A stretch of DNA of 64,000 nt from an uncultured Acidimicrobiales bacterium (GTDB lineage: Bacteria; Actinomycetota; Acidimicrobiia; Acidimicrobiales; UBA10347): positions 620,001 to 684,000 of the forward strand of contig CALSSD010000005.1 in NCBI GenBank assembly GCA_943788915.1. The letters run 5' to 3'. How positions within the stretch are numbered: position 1 is the stretch's first letter; each line of letters starts with the position of its first letter. Both the position numbers and the translations under genes were made by a program. Below are positions 28,661-38,913 of this stretch, in pieces. The notes beneath the pieces were generated by a model. That model saw only the letters and a program-made list of their open reading frames with translations, ran no database searches and had not been told where the DNA came from.

Positions 28661-30055
28661 ATGACCGAGCCGAACCCGCCATTCGCTCCAGACCCCGCGT
28701 TTCCCCAGGACCCTGAGTTCTATCGGCGGGTGTTGCACGAGTGGCCGTCACCTGTGCTGGTCGTCAACGCTGCGGGCGAGATCATGTACGGCAACCGTGC
28801 CATCGAGCGGATGGGAAACTGGGACCTCCGTGGCTCCGTTGGCACCAGCGTGCTCGACTACATCCACCACGACGATGCCGAGACGATCGCGGAAGCGTTC
28901 TTTGAGTGGACCAACTCCGCCGATGCAAACGCGTTTGGGGGGTCGCCGTGGGCACCGTTAAACACTCGGCTCGTCACACCCGGCGGGCATGTCGTACCCG
29001 TTGTTGTGACCGGTGCTGGTGGCATCAACGACCCCGCAGTTGGGGGCATTATCTACGACATCCGGCCGGCCCACGAGCAGGACATCTTGCGCCGCGGCCT
29101 GACCGGCCTGGCACAGGGCGAACCCATCGATGCCATCTTGAAACTGATCACCGGAATGATTGCGTTACCTCCACTCGGTCTCGATGCCGCGGTGCTCGAA
29201 CCGCGAGGCGACGGCAGCTACCGGGTCATTGGTGCAACCAGCGAACATCTCGAACGCATCCTGACAAACGCACGCGACCCACAACCCTGGAACGTTGCTG
29301 GGCGTGCGCCCGAACGCACGGTCGTGTCGCGGTTTCCAGGCGGGGTCGGCGAGGACCTGTTCGCAGCTGGCTACCAGGAGTTCTGGCACACCTCACCTGA
29401 GTCAACATCTGTGCCAAACCCGTATCGGATCGTGGCATGTGGTGCCAGTACACAACAACCGGTAACTGGCCCCATAGACCGCCTGGCCCGAGCAAACGAA
29501 CTCGCCAGCGTTGTGTTGTTGCGAGCCCGGGCTGATGCGCTGCTTGAACATGCAGCCACACATGACCGATTGACCCAGCTACCTAATCGCGAAGGTTTTC
29601 ATCGGCGAGCAACCGAGGTGCTCACGAACACCGATTCCGAAACGGCAGCCATATTGTTCATTGACCTCGACGGCTTCAAGCCGGTGAACGATGAGTACGG
29701 ACACGCGGCTGGCGACCTAGTGCTCGCGACCGCGGCCAAACGGCTGCAATCGGTCACGCGCCGCGTGGATCTCCTCGCTCGCATGGGTGGTGACGAGTTC
29801 GTCATCCTGGTTGGAGCGAGCGCTGATCGTCCGGTAAACGCCGCTCGTGTCCAGGTCATCGCCGATCGCGCACTCCAAGAATTGCGCCGAGAGATCGACA
29901 TCGGCTCCTCCACCGTCACCATCTCAGCCAGCATCGGCGCCGTTATTGCTCCTGCCCCAGCCACACTCGAGGATCTGCTGGCCAAGGCCGACGCCGCTAT
30001 GTACGAAGCGAAACGCAACCACGGCGATCAACACCACATCGTCTCGCTCGGCTGA
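28661..30055 (+). CDS. PAS-containing diguanylate cyclase
   Basis: N-terminal PAS (IHHDD); DRLTQLPNR, DLDGFKPVND, RMGGDEF and ADAAMYEAK motifs. Confidence 0.92.
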   Translation: MTEPNPPFAPDPAFPQDPEFYRRVLHEWPSPVLVVNAAGEIMYGNRAIERMGNWDLRGSVGTSVLDYIHHDDAETIAEAFFEWTNSADANAFGGSPWAPLNTRLVTPGGHVVPVVVTGAGGINDPAVGGIIYDIRPAHEQDILRRGLTGLAQGEPIDAILKLITGMIALPPLGLDAAVLEPRGDGSYRVIGATSEHLERILTNARDPQPWNVAGRAPERTVVSRFPGGVGEDLFAAGYQEFWHTSPESTSVPNPYRIVACGASTQQPVTGPIDRLARANELASVVLLRARADALLEHAATHDRLTQLPNREGFHRRATEVLTNTDSETAAILFIDLDGFKPVNDEYGHAAGDLVLATAAKRLQSVTRRVDLLARMGGDEFVILVGASADRPVNAARVQVIADRALQELRREIDIGSSTVTISASIGAVIAPAPATLEDLLAKADAAMYEAKRNHGDQHHIVSLG

Positions 30056-30065
30056 ATCAATAGTC

Positions 30066-30084
30066 TCGATCCCCTGGGGAACGA
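30066..30084. repeat. Degenerate palindrome, family copy 4 (TCGATCCCC-T-GGGGAACGA)
   Basis: Same TCCCCTGGGGA core, between convergent genes. Confidence 0.6.
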
Positions 30085-30110
30085 ACAAGCCAATCAGACC
30101 AGCCGGTGGG

Positions 30111-31559
30111 TTATTCAGAACGCCGGTCAAGGAAGCTATAGACCTCGACGAGGTCAACGCCCGGAAACCGGCTGAATGCCTCGCGGGCAGCAGGCAGGCC
30201 CGAAACGATATGGCTGCGGTCTCGGGCCGAGGGCCAAGCCACGGTCGACCATCGTTGACGTTGCGACGGGTGCGGCTCTCGACAGCAGCCTGGGTCAGGA
30301 CAGCTCGATGTGGTGCGACGCGGGGTCTCGCTCCCTCGGAAGAAACGAGCCTGACGAGCATCGGTCCCAACAGTAATTGCGTGCGGAGGTGAGCGGTCCG
30401 GCTCCACATAGGTGACACACCAGTACTCACCGTCGGCGGTATCGGTGTACTGGTAATACAACGCGAAGGCATCGTCGCTGTGGAACGCCTGACGGGTACC
30501 CCACTCGCGGCACAGCCTCTGGCCCTCGAAACCACCGAAAGCATCGGTTGGCAGCGGCACGCCGTTGTTCTCGTAAGCCTTCCAGACAACACCTTCGTTG
30601 TCGGAGCGCAGGAAGTGAAGCGTGAGGTCGAGGTGTTCGGTCGCCAGATTCGTGAGCCTGTGTCCCGCCATCTCATAGGAAATGTAGAAAAGCTCCTTGA
30701 TGTCTTCGACCGAAATGTCCTTCTTCTCTTTCGCTTCTCGCAGGTGCTCCACTGCGGCAGCCTCCGGAGCCAGCACCGCGGCTGCGAGATAGTTGGACTC
30801 GACCCGCTGGCGCACATAATCCAGGAAATTGTCGGTGTCTCGATGACCAAGAACGAAGTGACCCAACGTCTGCAACACCACGGAACGTGCACTGCGTGTC
30901 GTCAGGTCGTTTCGCTGCGGGATATAGACAACCCGGTTCCGTTGATCAGCAACTGATCGGGCGCTGCTTGGAAGATCGCGGACCCGGTCGATTGTGAAGC
31001 CGCAGTTTTCGGCCATCTGCACCAGCATTCGTTCAGACACCGGACCACGGCCGGGATAGTCCACGGCCTTGAGAAGCGACGAGGCCACCCCTTCGATCTC
31101 GGCGAAGTAATTGTTGCGGCTGCGCATCTCGGCTCGCATCTGCACATTGGCGCGACGCTGGTCATCGCCATCTCGGTGCCCGGCACGTTCCTCGGCGCCG
31201 ACCAGCGCCTTGTATAGGCCAGAAATATGTTCGAGGGCGCTGTCTGAGGTTTTCGCAGTCGGACGGAACTCGGCCAACCCGAGCTCGAGGTACCGAGGAT
31301 CACTCTGAGCACGGAGCACATTGATTTCGAGTTCGTCACGGCGTGTTGGGGCGTCGTCGATTAACAGGTCAGCACTCGTGCAGCCAAGTGACTCGGCTAG
31401 CTCACCGAGGAGGCCCACCCGGGCCTCGACATGGCCGTTCTCGAGTTGGCTCAAGTACGACGTCGGTCGATCCACCCGTGCGCTGAGCTCATCGAGAGTA
31501 AGGCCAGCTTCCTTCCGGTAATAGCGGATGCGGCGACCCAGTAGCAGTGCGTCCATCAT
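30111..31559 (-). CDS. XRE-family regulator, RamB/PrpR (short-chain acyl-CoA regulator)-like
   Basis: N-terminal HTH (YLSQLENG), NNYFAEIE, ESNYLAAAVL, SYEMAGHRL, C-terminal CPDPGCC. Confidence 0.85.
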   Translation of the reverse strand: MMDALLLGRRIRYYRKEAGLTLDELSARVDRPTSYLSQLENGHVEARVGLLGELAESLGCTSADLLIDDAPTRRDELEINVLRAQSDPRYLELGLAEFRPTAKTSDSALEHISGLYKALVGAEERAGHRDGDDQRRANVQMRAEMRSRNNYFAEIEGVASSLLKAVDYPGRGPVSERMLVQMAENCGFTIDRVRDLPSSARSVADQRNRVVYIPQRNDLTTRSARSVVLQTLGHFVLGHRDTDNFLDYVRQRVESNYLAAAVLAPEAAAVEHLREAKEKKDISVEDIKELFYISYEMAGHRLTNLATEHLDLTLHFLRSDNEGVVWKAYENNGVPLPTDAFGGFEGQRLCREWGTRQAFHSDDAFALYYQYTDTADGEYWCVTYVEPDRSPPHAITVGTDARQARFFRGSETPRRTTSSCPDPGCCREPHPSQRQRWSTVAWPSARDRSHIVSGLPAAREAFSRFPGVDLVEVYSFLDRRSE

Positions 31560-31710
31560 CCAAAAATAGCTCGTTCTTCCGCCTTTTCCACAGACAGTCC
31601 GAGCCTTGGGTCAAAGAATGTCTGTTTTTGTTGGAAGTCGCGTGGTCAGGGGAATTTCGCACGCCTCCGGTGGTGTCGCTTTTCCCGGCCACATCCTGAA
31701 TACTCGACAG

Positions 31711-32079
31711 ATGTCCGACGCTGTTGTCTCACCCCGCCATGTACTCCATTTGGCGCCACAAGATCGTTGGAGCCAGGCAGCGGCCAAGCCCGAAGGCGAC
31801 TACATCGATGGGTCGCTCTCGGCCGAGGGTTTCATCCACTGCTCGACGGCCGACCAGGTACTTATTCCGGCCAACGACCGTTTCGCTGGCCGCGATGACA
31901 TGGTCCTGCTCGTCATCGATCTCGAACGTGTGCCGTCTCGCACCGTCTTCGAAGACTGCTACGAAAGTGGGCACGCCTTCCCCCACATCTATGGCCCGAT
32001 TCCGGTCGCAGCAGTGACTCGCGTCGTGCCGTTCCCATGCGACCCAGACGGCACGTTTCAGCTTCCCGAAACGCTCTAA
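31711..32079 (+). CDS. DUF952 family protein
   Basis: SLSAEGFIHCST...FPHIYGPI. Confidence 0.9.
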   Translation: MSDAVVSPRHVLHLAPQDRWSQAAAKPEGDYIDGSLSAEGFIHCSTADQVLIPANDRFAGRDDMVLLVIDLERVPSRTVFEDCYESGHAFPHIYGPIPVAAVTRVVPFPCDPDGTFQLPETL

Positions 32080-32102
32080 TCCGCTCCTACACCCGAGTTC
32101 AT

Positions 32103-33473
32103 ATGAAAATCCGCAGCTCGGGACGAGCGCGGGTTTATGGTCGAACAATCAGCCCAGGAAGCACAGAACAGCAGGCAATCACCTACGTCCTCGATACGTC
32201 GGTATTGTTGAGCGACCCAACGGCGTTATTTCAATTCAAAGAGAACCGGGTGGTCATACCACTCGTCGTACTCACCGAACTTGAGGCGAAACGGCACCAC
32301 CCTGAACTCGGATGGGCAGCGCGGCAGGCGCTGCGCACCCTCGAAGAAATCCGAGTCACGCACGGGCAGATTGACTGTGCAGCACCCATCAATGACCAAG
32401 GCGGCACCATTCGTGTCGAACTGAACCACATCAAACTCGACTCCATGCCCGAAGCGTTCCGCGACGGCTCAAACGACGAACGCATTTTAAGCGTTGCTCG
32501 AAATCTGGCCGACGAGGGCGAACACACCGTGCTCGTGACTCGCGATCTGCCCATGCGATTGCGAGCCTCAGTGCTCGGTCTAGCTGCCGACGAGTACCGG
32601 ACCGAGTTCGCCACCGACCCCGGATGGACAGGCGTCATCGATCTCGAGATCACCGCCAGCGATATCAATCGTTTGTATGCCGATGGCGAACTCAAACTTG
32701 AAGAAGCTCACGATGTGCCAGTGCACACTGCGTTCCGCCTGACGGCCGGGCAACAGTCAGCCATTGGCCGCATGCACACCGACCGACTCATTCGCCCCCT
32801 CGCCACCATGTCGCTCTTCGGTGTACGTGGGAGAAATGCCGAACAGAGGATCGCACTCGACCTACTCGCGGACTCAAGTATCGGCATCGTCAGCCTGGGG
32901 GGACCCGCTGGAACAGGAAAGAGTGTGCTGGCCCTAGCCGCTGCTCTCGAATCAGCACTTGAACGGGGTGGCCAAGACAAGATCCTGGTGTTCCGGCCGC
33001 TCTTTGCTGTCGGTGGCCAAGAACTCGGCTTCCTTCCTGGCGATGAGGCCGAAAAGATGGCACCGTGGGCCGCGGCGGTCTACGACGCACTAAGCGCTAT
33101 CTGCTCACCCGAAGTACGCCGCGAGATCGAAGCTCGTGACCTGCTCGAAGTACTACCGCTCACTCATATTCGCGGCCGTAGCTTGAACAATGCATTCGTG
33201 ATCATCGACGAAGCGCAGAACCTCGAACGTGGTGTGCTCCTCACTGCGCTCTCTCGGCTCGGTGAGAACAGCCGAGTGGTACTCACGCACGACATTGCCC
33301 AGCGAGACAACCTTCATGTTGGTAGCCACGACGGTGTGGTCTCGGTCATCGATGCACTCCGGGGCCAAGAACTCTTCGCCCATGTAGCGCTCCGGAAGGC
33401 CGAACGCAGCGCAATCGCAGCACTGGTCACCGAACTCCTCGACGACAGCAACTTCCGCCGTAATTCTCGATGA
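32103..33473 (+). CDS. PIN-PhoH (PhoH2-like) protein
   Basis: YVLDTSVLL PIN domain; GPAGTGKS, LGFLPG, IRGRSL and IIDEAQN motifs. Confidence 0.93.
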   Translation: MKIRSSGRARVYGRTISPGSTEQQAITYVLDTSVLLSDPTALFQFKENRVVIPLVVLTELEAKRHHPELGWAARQALRTLEEIRVTHGQIDCAAPINDQGGTIRVELNHIKLDSMPEAFRDGSNDERILSVARNLADEGEHTVLVTRDLPMRLRASVLGLAADEYRTEFATDPGWTGVIDLEITASDINRLYADGELKLEEAHDVPVHTAFRLTAGQQSAIGRMHTDRLIRPLATMSLFGVRGRNAEQRIALDLLADSSIGIVSLGGPAGTGKSVLALAAALESALERGGQDKILVFRPLFAVGGQELGFLPGDEAEKMAPWAAAVYDALSAICSPEVRREIEARDLLEVLPLTHIRGRSLNNAFVIIDEAQNLERGVLLTALSRLGENSRVVLTHDIAQRDNLHVGSHDGVVSVIDALRGQELFAHVALRKAERSAIAALVTELLDDSNFRRNSR

Positions 33474-33543
33474 TGAAGCCGTGCGTCTCGATGGTCCGTC
33501 GTTGGACCGTGAGCAACAGCTCATCATCGTGTAGACACAGCAG

Positions 33544-33987
33544 ATGCGATCTGTAGTGGTTGGCCACACCGCCTTCACGGTTGCGATGTTCGGGCTCATG
33601 TGGGCAGTTCAGATCGTCGTCTATCCCCAGTTCCGCAGCGTCGCACCAGCCGAGTTCGCGACCTACGCCGCAGACCATGGCGCTCGAATTACCACCGCGT
33701 TGGCGCTGCTCGCACCTGCAGAGATTGTGTTTGCAGGCTGGCTCTTTCTTGATACACCGGCCGGGCTGAGCCGGTCAGCAGTCTTCATCTCGGGCGCGCT
33801 CTTAGCCGCAGGGTGGATCGCCACCGCGTTCTTTTTCGCCCCACTTCACGGCAAGTTCCAAGGCCCCTACGACCGGGATCTGATCGAGCAGTTGATTTCC
33901 ACCAACTGGCTCCGCACCGCATTGTGGAGCGGACGGGCCGTGATGGCGAGCTGGTTTCTGTGGCAGCTTCTCGACGCCGACACATAA
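33544..33987 (+). CDS. Conserved hypothetical membrane protein
   Basis: WAVQIVVYP...H...PLH...NWLRT pattern with four TMs. Confidence 0.8.
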   Translation: MRSVVVGHTAFTVAMFGLMWAVQIVVYPQFRSVAPAEFATYAADHGARITTALALLAPAEIVFAGWLFLDTPAGLSRSAVFISGALLAAGWIATAFFFAPLHGKFQGPYDRDLIEQLISTNWLRTALWSGRAVMASWFLWQLLDADT

Positions 33988-34039
33988 ACCTCGCGCACCT
34001 CGGGGGTCTGACCATGGGTGAGCGGCGGTAGAACAGAGC

Positions 34040-34831
34040 ATGTCTTCATTCCGAGACGCGGCGTCGTTTCTGACCCGTGTGCCATTGCACCGGACTGCCA
34101 CCGCTGGTGAAGCCGTGATCGCTCCGGATATGAGCGCAGCTGTCCCGTGGTTTGGGGCAGTGGGGTTACTCCTCGGCCTCATCCAGGGAGGCGTCTACGT
34201 TGCTTTGTCCGAAATCTCGACCCCAACGGTTGCCGCCGCCATCTCTGCCGCACTGCTCGGACAGATCACCGGGGCATTCCACCACGACGGGCTGGCCGAC
34301 ATGGCCGATGCCTTCGGAGGGGGCTGGACACAGGAACAGCGGCTCGAGATCCTGAAAGATTCACGACTCGGCACATACGGCGTGACTGCATTGATCTTCG
34401 TGATCATGGTGGAGATCGCTGCGTTGTCGGCCCTGTCCGGTTGGTTAGCCGTCGCAGCCACCGCAGCCGCTCACACGATCAGCCGAGCCACCGCCAGTTT
34501 CATGATGATCATCGCCAAACCAGCGCGAGACAGCGGGTTAGGCGTTGACTATCTCAATGGGTTGTCTCGACCCGCAGTTATTGGTGTGTCGTTGGTGGTT
34601 GCTGCCGGCGCAGTCGCCGTCTTTGGAATAATTGCACTTCCCGTGATCTTTGGTGCCTACGGCGCTGGCGCCCTGATCGTCCGGCTGGCGATAGCCAAGA
34701 TCGGCGGCATCTCCGGTGACGTCCTCGGTGCTATTCAGCAAATCGCCAAAATCGCCGTGCTGGTGATCATTGTGATCGCCGCCGATGTCACCACCGACCT
34801 CGGCGTGCTCGGCGGCCTGGTGCTGAACTGA
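34040..34831 (+). CDS. cobS: Adenosylcobinamide-GDP ribazoletransferase
   Basis: FLTRVP, TGAFHHDGLADMAD, LKDSRLGTYG and GGISGDVLGA motifs. Confidence 0.93.
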   Translation: MSSFRDAASFLTRVPLHRTATAGEAVIAPDMSAAVPWFGAVGLLLGLIQGGVYVALSEISTPTVAAAISAALLGQITGAFHHDGLADMADAFGGGWTQEQRLEILKDSRLGTYGVTALIFVIMVEIAALSALSGWLAVAATAAAHTISRATASFMMIIAKPARDSGLGVDYLNGLSRPAVIGVSLVVAAGAVAVFGIIALPVIFGAYGAGALIVRLAIAKIGGISGDVLGAIQQIAKIAVLVIIVIAADVTTDLGVLGGLVLN

Positions 34832-34849
34832 CGGCGCTGGGATTACCCA

Positions 34850-35389
34850 CTAACGACCGGGGAGTAACCGACGGGTTCGTTTGCCGACGCGTCGGGCAGG
34901 GCCGTTGATGCCATAGGCCCGGCCGTCGAGATCGAGCTCAAACAGAGCGACATCGTGTTCACGCGCATAGACACGGGCTGGGGCACTGAACCCGCTGGTC
35001 GAAAACAACGCTGGACACCGATCGAGCGTCAGCGCCGCACCCACGAGCTGTTGGACCGCAGGGCGACCCACCCGTTTGGTCGTGTGTTTGACCTGCACCG
35101 CCCACTCGGCGGTGATCACATCGATCCCACCGTCGGCGCTACCGCCGGTGAGCGATACTCGACGACAACCTGCCTTACGCAACCACCGAGCAGCTGCGGT
35201 CTCGGCGTCTCGCCAATCACGAATTCGAGGACGACGTACCCGCCGGATAATCAGCAGTGCTGCCACCACGGACGCAGCGATACCCATTGCGACCTGGGTC
35301 CGTTGATCGGCTTGGGCAGCAAACGCGGCCACAACAGCGACCACAACCGCAACCAGGGCGACACCCAACCACCATGGAACGAATCGCAT
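34850..35389 (-). CDS. Membrane-anchored Mrr-like (Mrr_cat) restriction endonuclease-fold protein
   Basis: 2 N-terminal TMs; AE...GSADGGIDV...AVQVK...VGRPAVQQL...SGFS; TGATG overlap with addA. Confidence 0.8.
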   Translation of the reverse strand: MRFVPWWLGVALVAVVVAVVAAFAAQADQRTQVAMGIAASVVAALLIIRRVRRPRIRDWRDAETAAARWLRKAGCRRVSLTGGSADGGIDVITAEWAVQVKHTTKRVGRPAVQQLVGAALTLDRCPALFSTSGFSAPARVYAREHDVALFELDLDGRAYGINGPARRVGKRTRRLLPGR

Positions 35390-38300
35390 CAGGTCGAGGA
35401 GAGGCCCAAACCTGGTGTCAGCTGAGTGAGCGTTAACCGGACACGTTCTTTGGCTGCCGGCAAGTCAACGACCGTGCGTTCGATTGCACCACCGGCGGTG
35501 CAAAAGACAAAGCGGCACTCGCTGACCGTCTGATCGGTGACCTCTTCGAGCGCTACGGCATAGGCCGCTGCCTGCAATTCGTAGGCACCGAGTTTGGCGT
35601 CGACGTCTTCGTCAGATCGCACCGAGTCGGTCTTGTAGTCGATCACCACCAGTCCGGCAGGCGTCTCGACCAGCAGGTCGACATACCCCTCGATAGTGCG
35701 ACCGGCAATGGGTGCGGTGACAAACAACTCCTTGAAGTGGACGTGACCGGCTGCCATGGTTACTGCTGACGATTCGAGTGCAGCCTGCACAAGACGACGG
35801 ACGATGCCGGTCCGGTCAAGGATCCCTTCGATCTCGCACTGCTGTGCAACCAGGTCGCCTACCCCTTGTGGTTCAGCAAGGTCAACCAGTTGCAGCACTG
35901 CGTGCACCGCTGATCCAATGGCCGATCCTGTCCGACCTCGACGCCGCCCGATCAGACCCTCGTCTGGCTGATCAGCGCCGTCGTCGTCTTGATCGGCGAG
36001 CCGCTCAACCACATAGGCATGGAGCCCATCACCGGTCTCCGGTTGGCCAGTGTCGGTCTCGGCCTCGTGATCGTTGTCGTCTGAACCATGATTGACCGGC
36101 CGCGAAACAACCGGAACAAGTGCCGCCTGGGCAACACCGGTCGCCGACAACACACGAGGCTGACGATGCGGCGCCAGCAGTACCTGACGATCCGCAATCC
36201 ACTGCTCACGATTATCGAGCGCGACTCCTAGCTGCGACGGCCGAGCCGGTTCAGGTGGGAGACTGCCTACGACCTGTCGCCAATCGAAGCGGCGGGACAG
36301 CCCCCGACGCTCGTCGGTATCGAACACCTGCCAGAAGATGCCGCCATAACTCTTGGCCGCGCCTGATCCTGGTTTGTGATGACACGACACGATGAGATGA
36401 TCCCGAGCTCGAGTGGTGGCCACATAAGCAAGGCGGATCTTCTCGAACTCATCCATGGCTGCTTCGAGGTCGGCCAGGGGACCATGTTCGTGTGTCTCTA
36501 CACCCTTCTTCATCCGCACGGTGGGTGAACCATCGGCGGGCCACAACACACTGACACCGGGGCGAGGACCTCGGAACTGGGTCGTCATGCCAGACAGGAT
36601 CGTGATCGGGAACTCGAGGCCTTTCGAGCCATGGATCGTCTGGATGCTGAGTGCGGCCTCGTCGGTCTCGGGCAACAGTGGCTCGTGCACTCGGGCCATG
36701 GATCCAGACTGCAGCGCCGCCCATTGGGTGAAGGCACGAAGGTCGCCCGAGTTCGATTCTTCGAACGAGCGAGCCTGGTCGACCAGAAAACGAAGTCGAC
36801 GCCACACGTCGGTCGTGCGTGGATCGCCAAACGCCAGCAGCGCTGCTCGGCGTTCTCGCAGAAGCCGTTCGAGCAACATCGATGGGGTCAGGAACCAGCG
36901 CTCGCGCCACAAACCATGCAGATGGGTAACGGCAACTGCTACAGGATGCGACGCCGCAATCGTGTCCGGGATCGGGGCTCGAACATCCCACCGGCCACCG
37001 TTGCGGCGCCAGATCACGAGATCGATGTCGGAGCAGGCATAAAGCGGTGACCGCAACGCCGCTACCAGGCTGAGTTCGTCGCCAGGATCATCGATCGCCC
37101 GCAACGCGGCCAACGCGTCGACAACCTCTTGGGTGTCGTACACGAGCGTGCCGGTAACGATGCGGTAGCGAAGTTCGGCCTCATCGAGCGTTGACCGCAG
37201 GAACGGCAGCGATGTTCGGGTCGGCAGAAGAATGGTGATGTCCTCGAGCCCGGCTGGCCGCCACGCGCCCGTGCCACGATCGAATACCGGCCAACTTTCA
37301 GGGTCGGCAGCAATAGCCCGCACCATGCCGACCACATCTTCGGCTTCGACCGTGCGCAGCTCGGTAGCCCGGATCTTCTCGTTCTCGTTCGGACCACCCA
37401 GAAGCACCGGTCGATGCAGCCCATGTTGCTCGGCTGTCTCGGACTGGCGACTTGCGACAAGCGGCTGATACTTGGGCTGAGCGCCGGGTGTTTCTTCCGG
37501 CATCTTCTCGTCGAAGAGTGCGTTCACCCATGCCACGATGGGTTCCATAGTGCGGAAGTTCGCTTCGAGTTGGGCAGATCCATGTTCGCCTGCAAACCGA
37601 TCACGAGCCTGCAGGAACAGTGCAATGTCTGCCCGACGGAAGCGATAGATCGACTGCTTCGGGTCACCCACGAAGAAGAGCCGACCCGCATCGACCGGCA
37701 TGTCAAACCATGACAGCCCGGTTACATCGTCGGCGCTGGTCGCGATAAGCACGGCCAGTTCGATCTGGATGGGATCGGTGTCCTGGAACTCGTCGAGAAG
37801 CACATGTTGAAACCGGTCGTGCAACACCTGACGGGCGTCGGGGTTCGTGCGCAGCAGGTCACGTGACAACACCAGCAGGTCGTGGAACTCGAGACCACCA
37901 TCGGCCCGTCGGGCTTGGGCAGCGTCGTAGGTCTCACTCGCTATCACCTGCGAGAGTCGCAACAACACATCATTGATGATCGGGCGCAACACCGCTTCTT
38001 TGGCCTGCTCGACATCTTTGATCATGCCTTTGATGTAGGCGACCGTGCCATCGCCGTCCCAGGAAGCTCCCTTGCCGCCGCTACCCGGACCCCATTTGCT
38101 TGCCTGCGTCAGCGCACGCATCTTGCGGAGCGGCTGGTCGATCGCCGCGATGGCTTGCATCTCGGGAAGCTGGTCTTGCAGCCTGATATAGAGCTTGTCA
38201 TCGGACAGCTTGTTCAGGCTGCGGGCTGCGGCCAACTCGTGGACCAGACCGTCGAAATACGCGAAGTCATAGTCGCCCCCGATGGGAGCGAACTCGGCGG

Positions 38301-38913
38301 TGATCAGCGACTGCAGCCGATCCCAGTTCTGATTGAACTGACTGGCCACGACCCGCATGGTCGATTGGTCAAGGTACCGAGGTTCAACCGGGATCTTCAG
38401 CGCCGATGCGGCTTGGAGCAACCCAACATGTTGGTCGGTGTCATAGAGCTGATCGACGAAACGCTGCCACCGGTCTTCTTGGGCCAGCTGCGATGAGACC
38501 TCGTCGAGCACACGAATCTGTGGAGGCAGACCAGCACCTACCGCGAACTCGCCCAGTATTCGATTGGCAAAGCCGTGCAACGTGGTGATCGCTGCCAGGT
38601 CACTATCGGCAACCGCTTGGCGACAACGGTCGGCCCGGGCCGGATCGCCCGCTGCAATCGCTTCGGCTTGCACCTGTTCGAACCTGGCTCGGATACGAGA
38701 CGCCAGCTCGCTCGCCGCAGCCTCGGTGAAGGTGATCGCAGCGACCGCCGAAAGCGGCACACCCGCTTCGAGCACCAGGTTGACGATGCGTTCGACAAGC
38801 AAGGTGGTCTTGCCCGACCCGGCACCAGCTTCGACAAACAGCGTCTCGCCCAGCCCATGGCGGCGCACCTGTTCGCGAACTTGTTCGTCGATGAGTTCCG
38901 GCTGCACTGTCAT
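35389..38913 (-). CDS. addA: AddA-like UvrD helicase-nuclease
   Basis: EAGAGSGKT, DEFQDT, VGDPKQSIYRFR, TIHGSKGLEF, YVATTRA and GYVDL...IDYKT motifs. Confidence 0.88.
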   Translation of the reverse strand: MTVQPELIDEQVREQVRRHGLGETLFVEAGAGSGKTTLLVERIVNLVLEAGVPLSAVAAITFTEAAASELASRIRARFEQVQAEAIAAGDPARADRCRQAVADSDLAAITTLHGFANRILGEFAVGAGLPPQIRVLDEVSSQLAQEDRWQRFVDQLYDTDQHVGLLQAASALKIPVEPRYLDQSTMRVVASQFNQNWDRLQSLITAEFAPIGGDYDFAYFDGLVHELAAARSLNKLSDDKLYIRLQDQLPEMQAIAAIDQPLRKMRALTQASKWGPGSGGKGASWDGDGTVAYIKGMIKDVEQAKEAVLRPIINDVLLRLSQVIASETYDAAQARRADGGLEFHDLLVLSRDLLRTNPDARQVLHDRFQHVLLDEFQDTDPIQIELAVLIATSADDVTGLSWFDMPVDAGRLFFVGDPKQSIYRFRRADIALFLQARDRFAGEHGSAQLEANFRTMEPIVAWVNALFDEKMPEETPGAQPKYQPLVASRQSETAEQHGLHRPVLLGGPNENEKIRATELRTVEAEDVVGMVRAIAADPESWPVFDRGTGAWRPAGLEDITILLPTRTSLPFLRSTLDEAELRYRIVTGTLVYDTQEVVDALAALRAIDDPGDELSLVAALRSPLYACSDIDLVIWRRNGGRWDVRAPIPDTIAASHPVAVAVTHLHGLWRERWFLTPSMLLERLLRERRAALLAFGDPRTTDVWRRLRFLVDQARSFEESNSGDLRAFTQWAALQSGSMARVHEPLLPETDEAALSIQTIHGSKGLEFPITILSGMTTQFRGPRPGVSVLWPADGSPTVRMKKGVETHEHGPLADLEAAMDEFEKIRLAYVATTRARDHLIVSCHHKPGSGAAKSYGGIFWQVFDTDERRGLSRRFDWRQVVGSLPPEPARPSQLGVALDNREQWIADRQVLLAPHRQPRVLSATGVAQAALVPVVSRPVNHGSDDNDHEAETDTGQPETGDGLHAYVVERLADQDDDGADQPDEGLIGRRRGRTGSAIGSAVHAVLQLVDLAEPQGVGDLVAQQCEIEGILDRTGIVRRLVQAALESSAVTMAAGHVHFKELFVTAPIAGRTIEGYVDLLVETPAGLVVIDYKTDSVRSDEDVDAKLGAYELQAAAYAVALEEVTDQTVSECRFVFCTAGGAIERTVVDLPAAKERVRLTLTQLTPGLGLSST

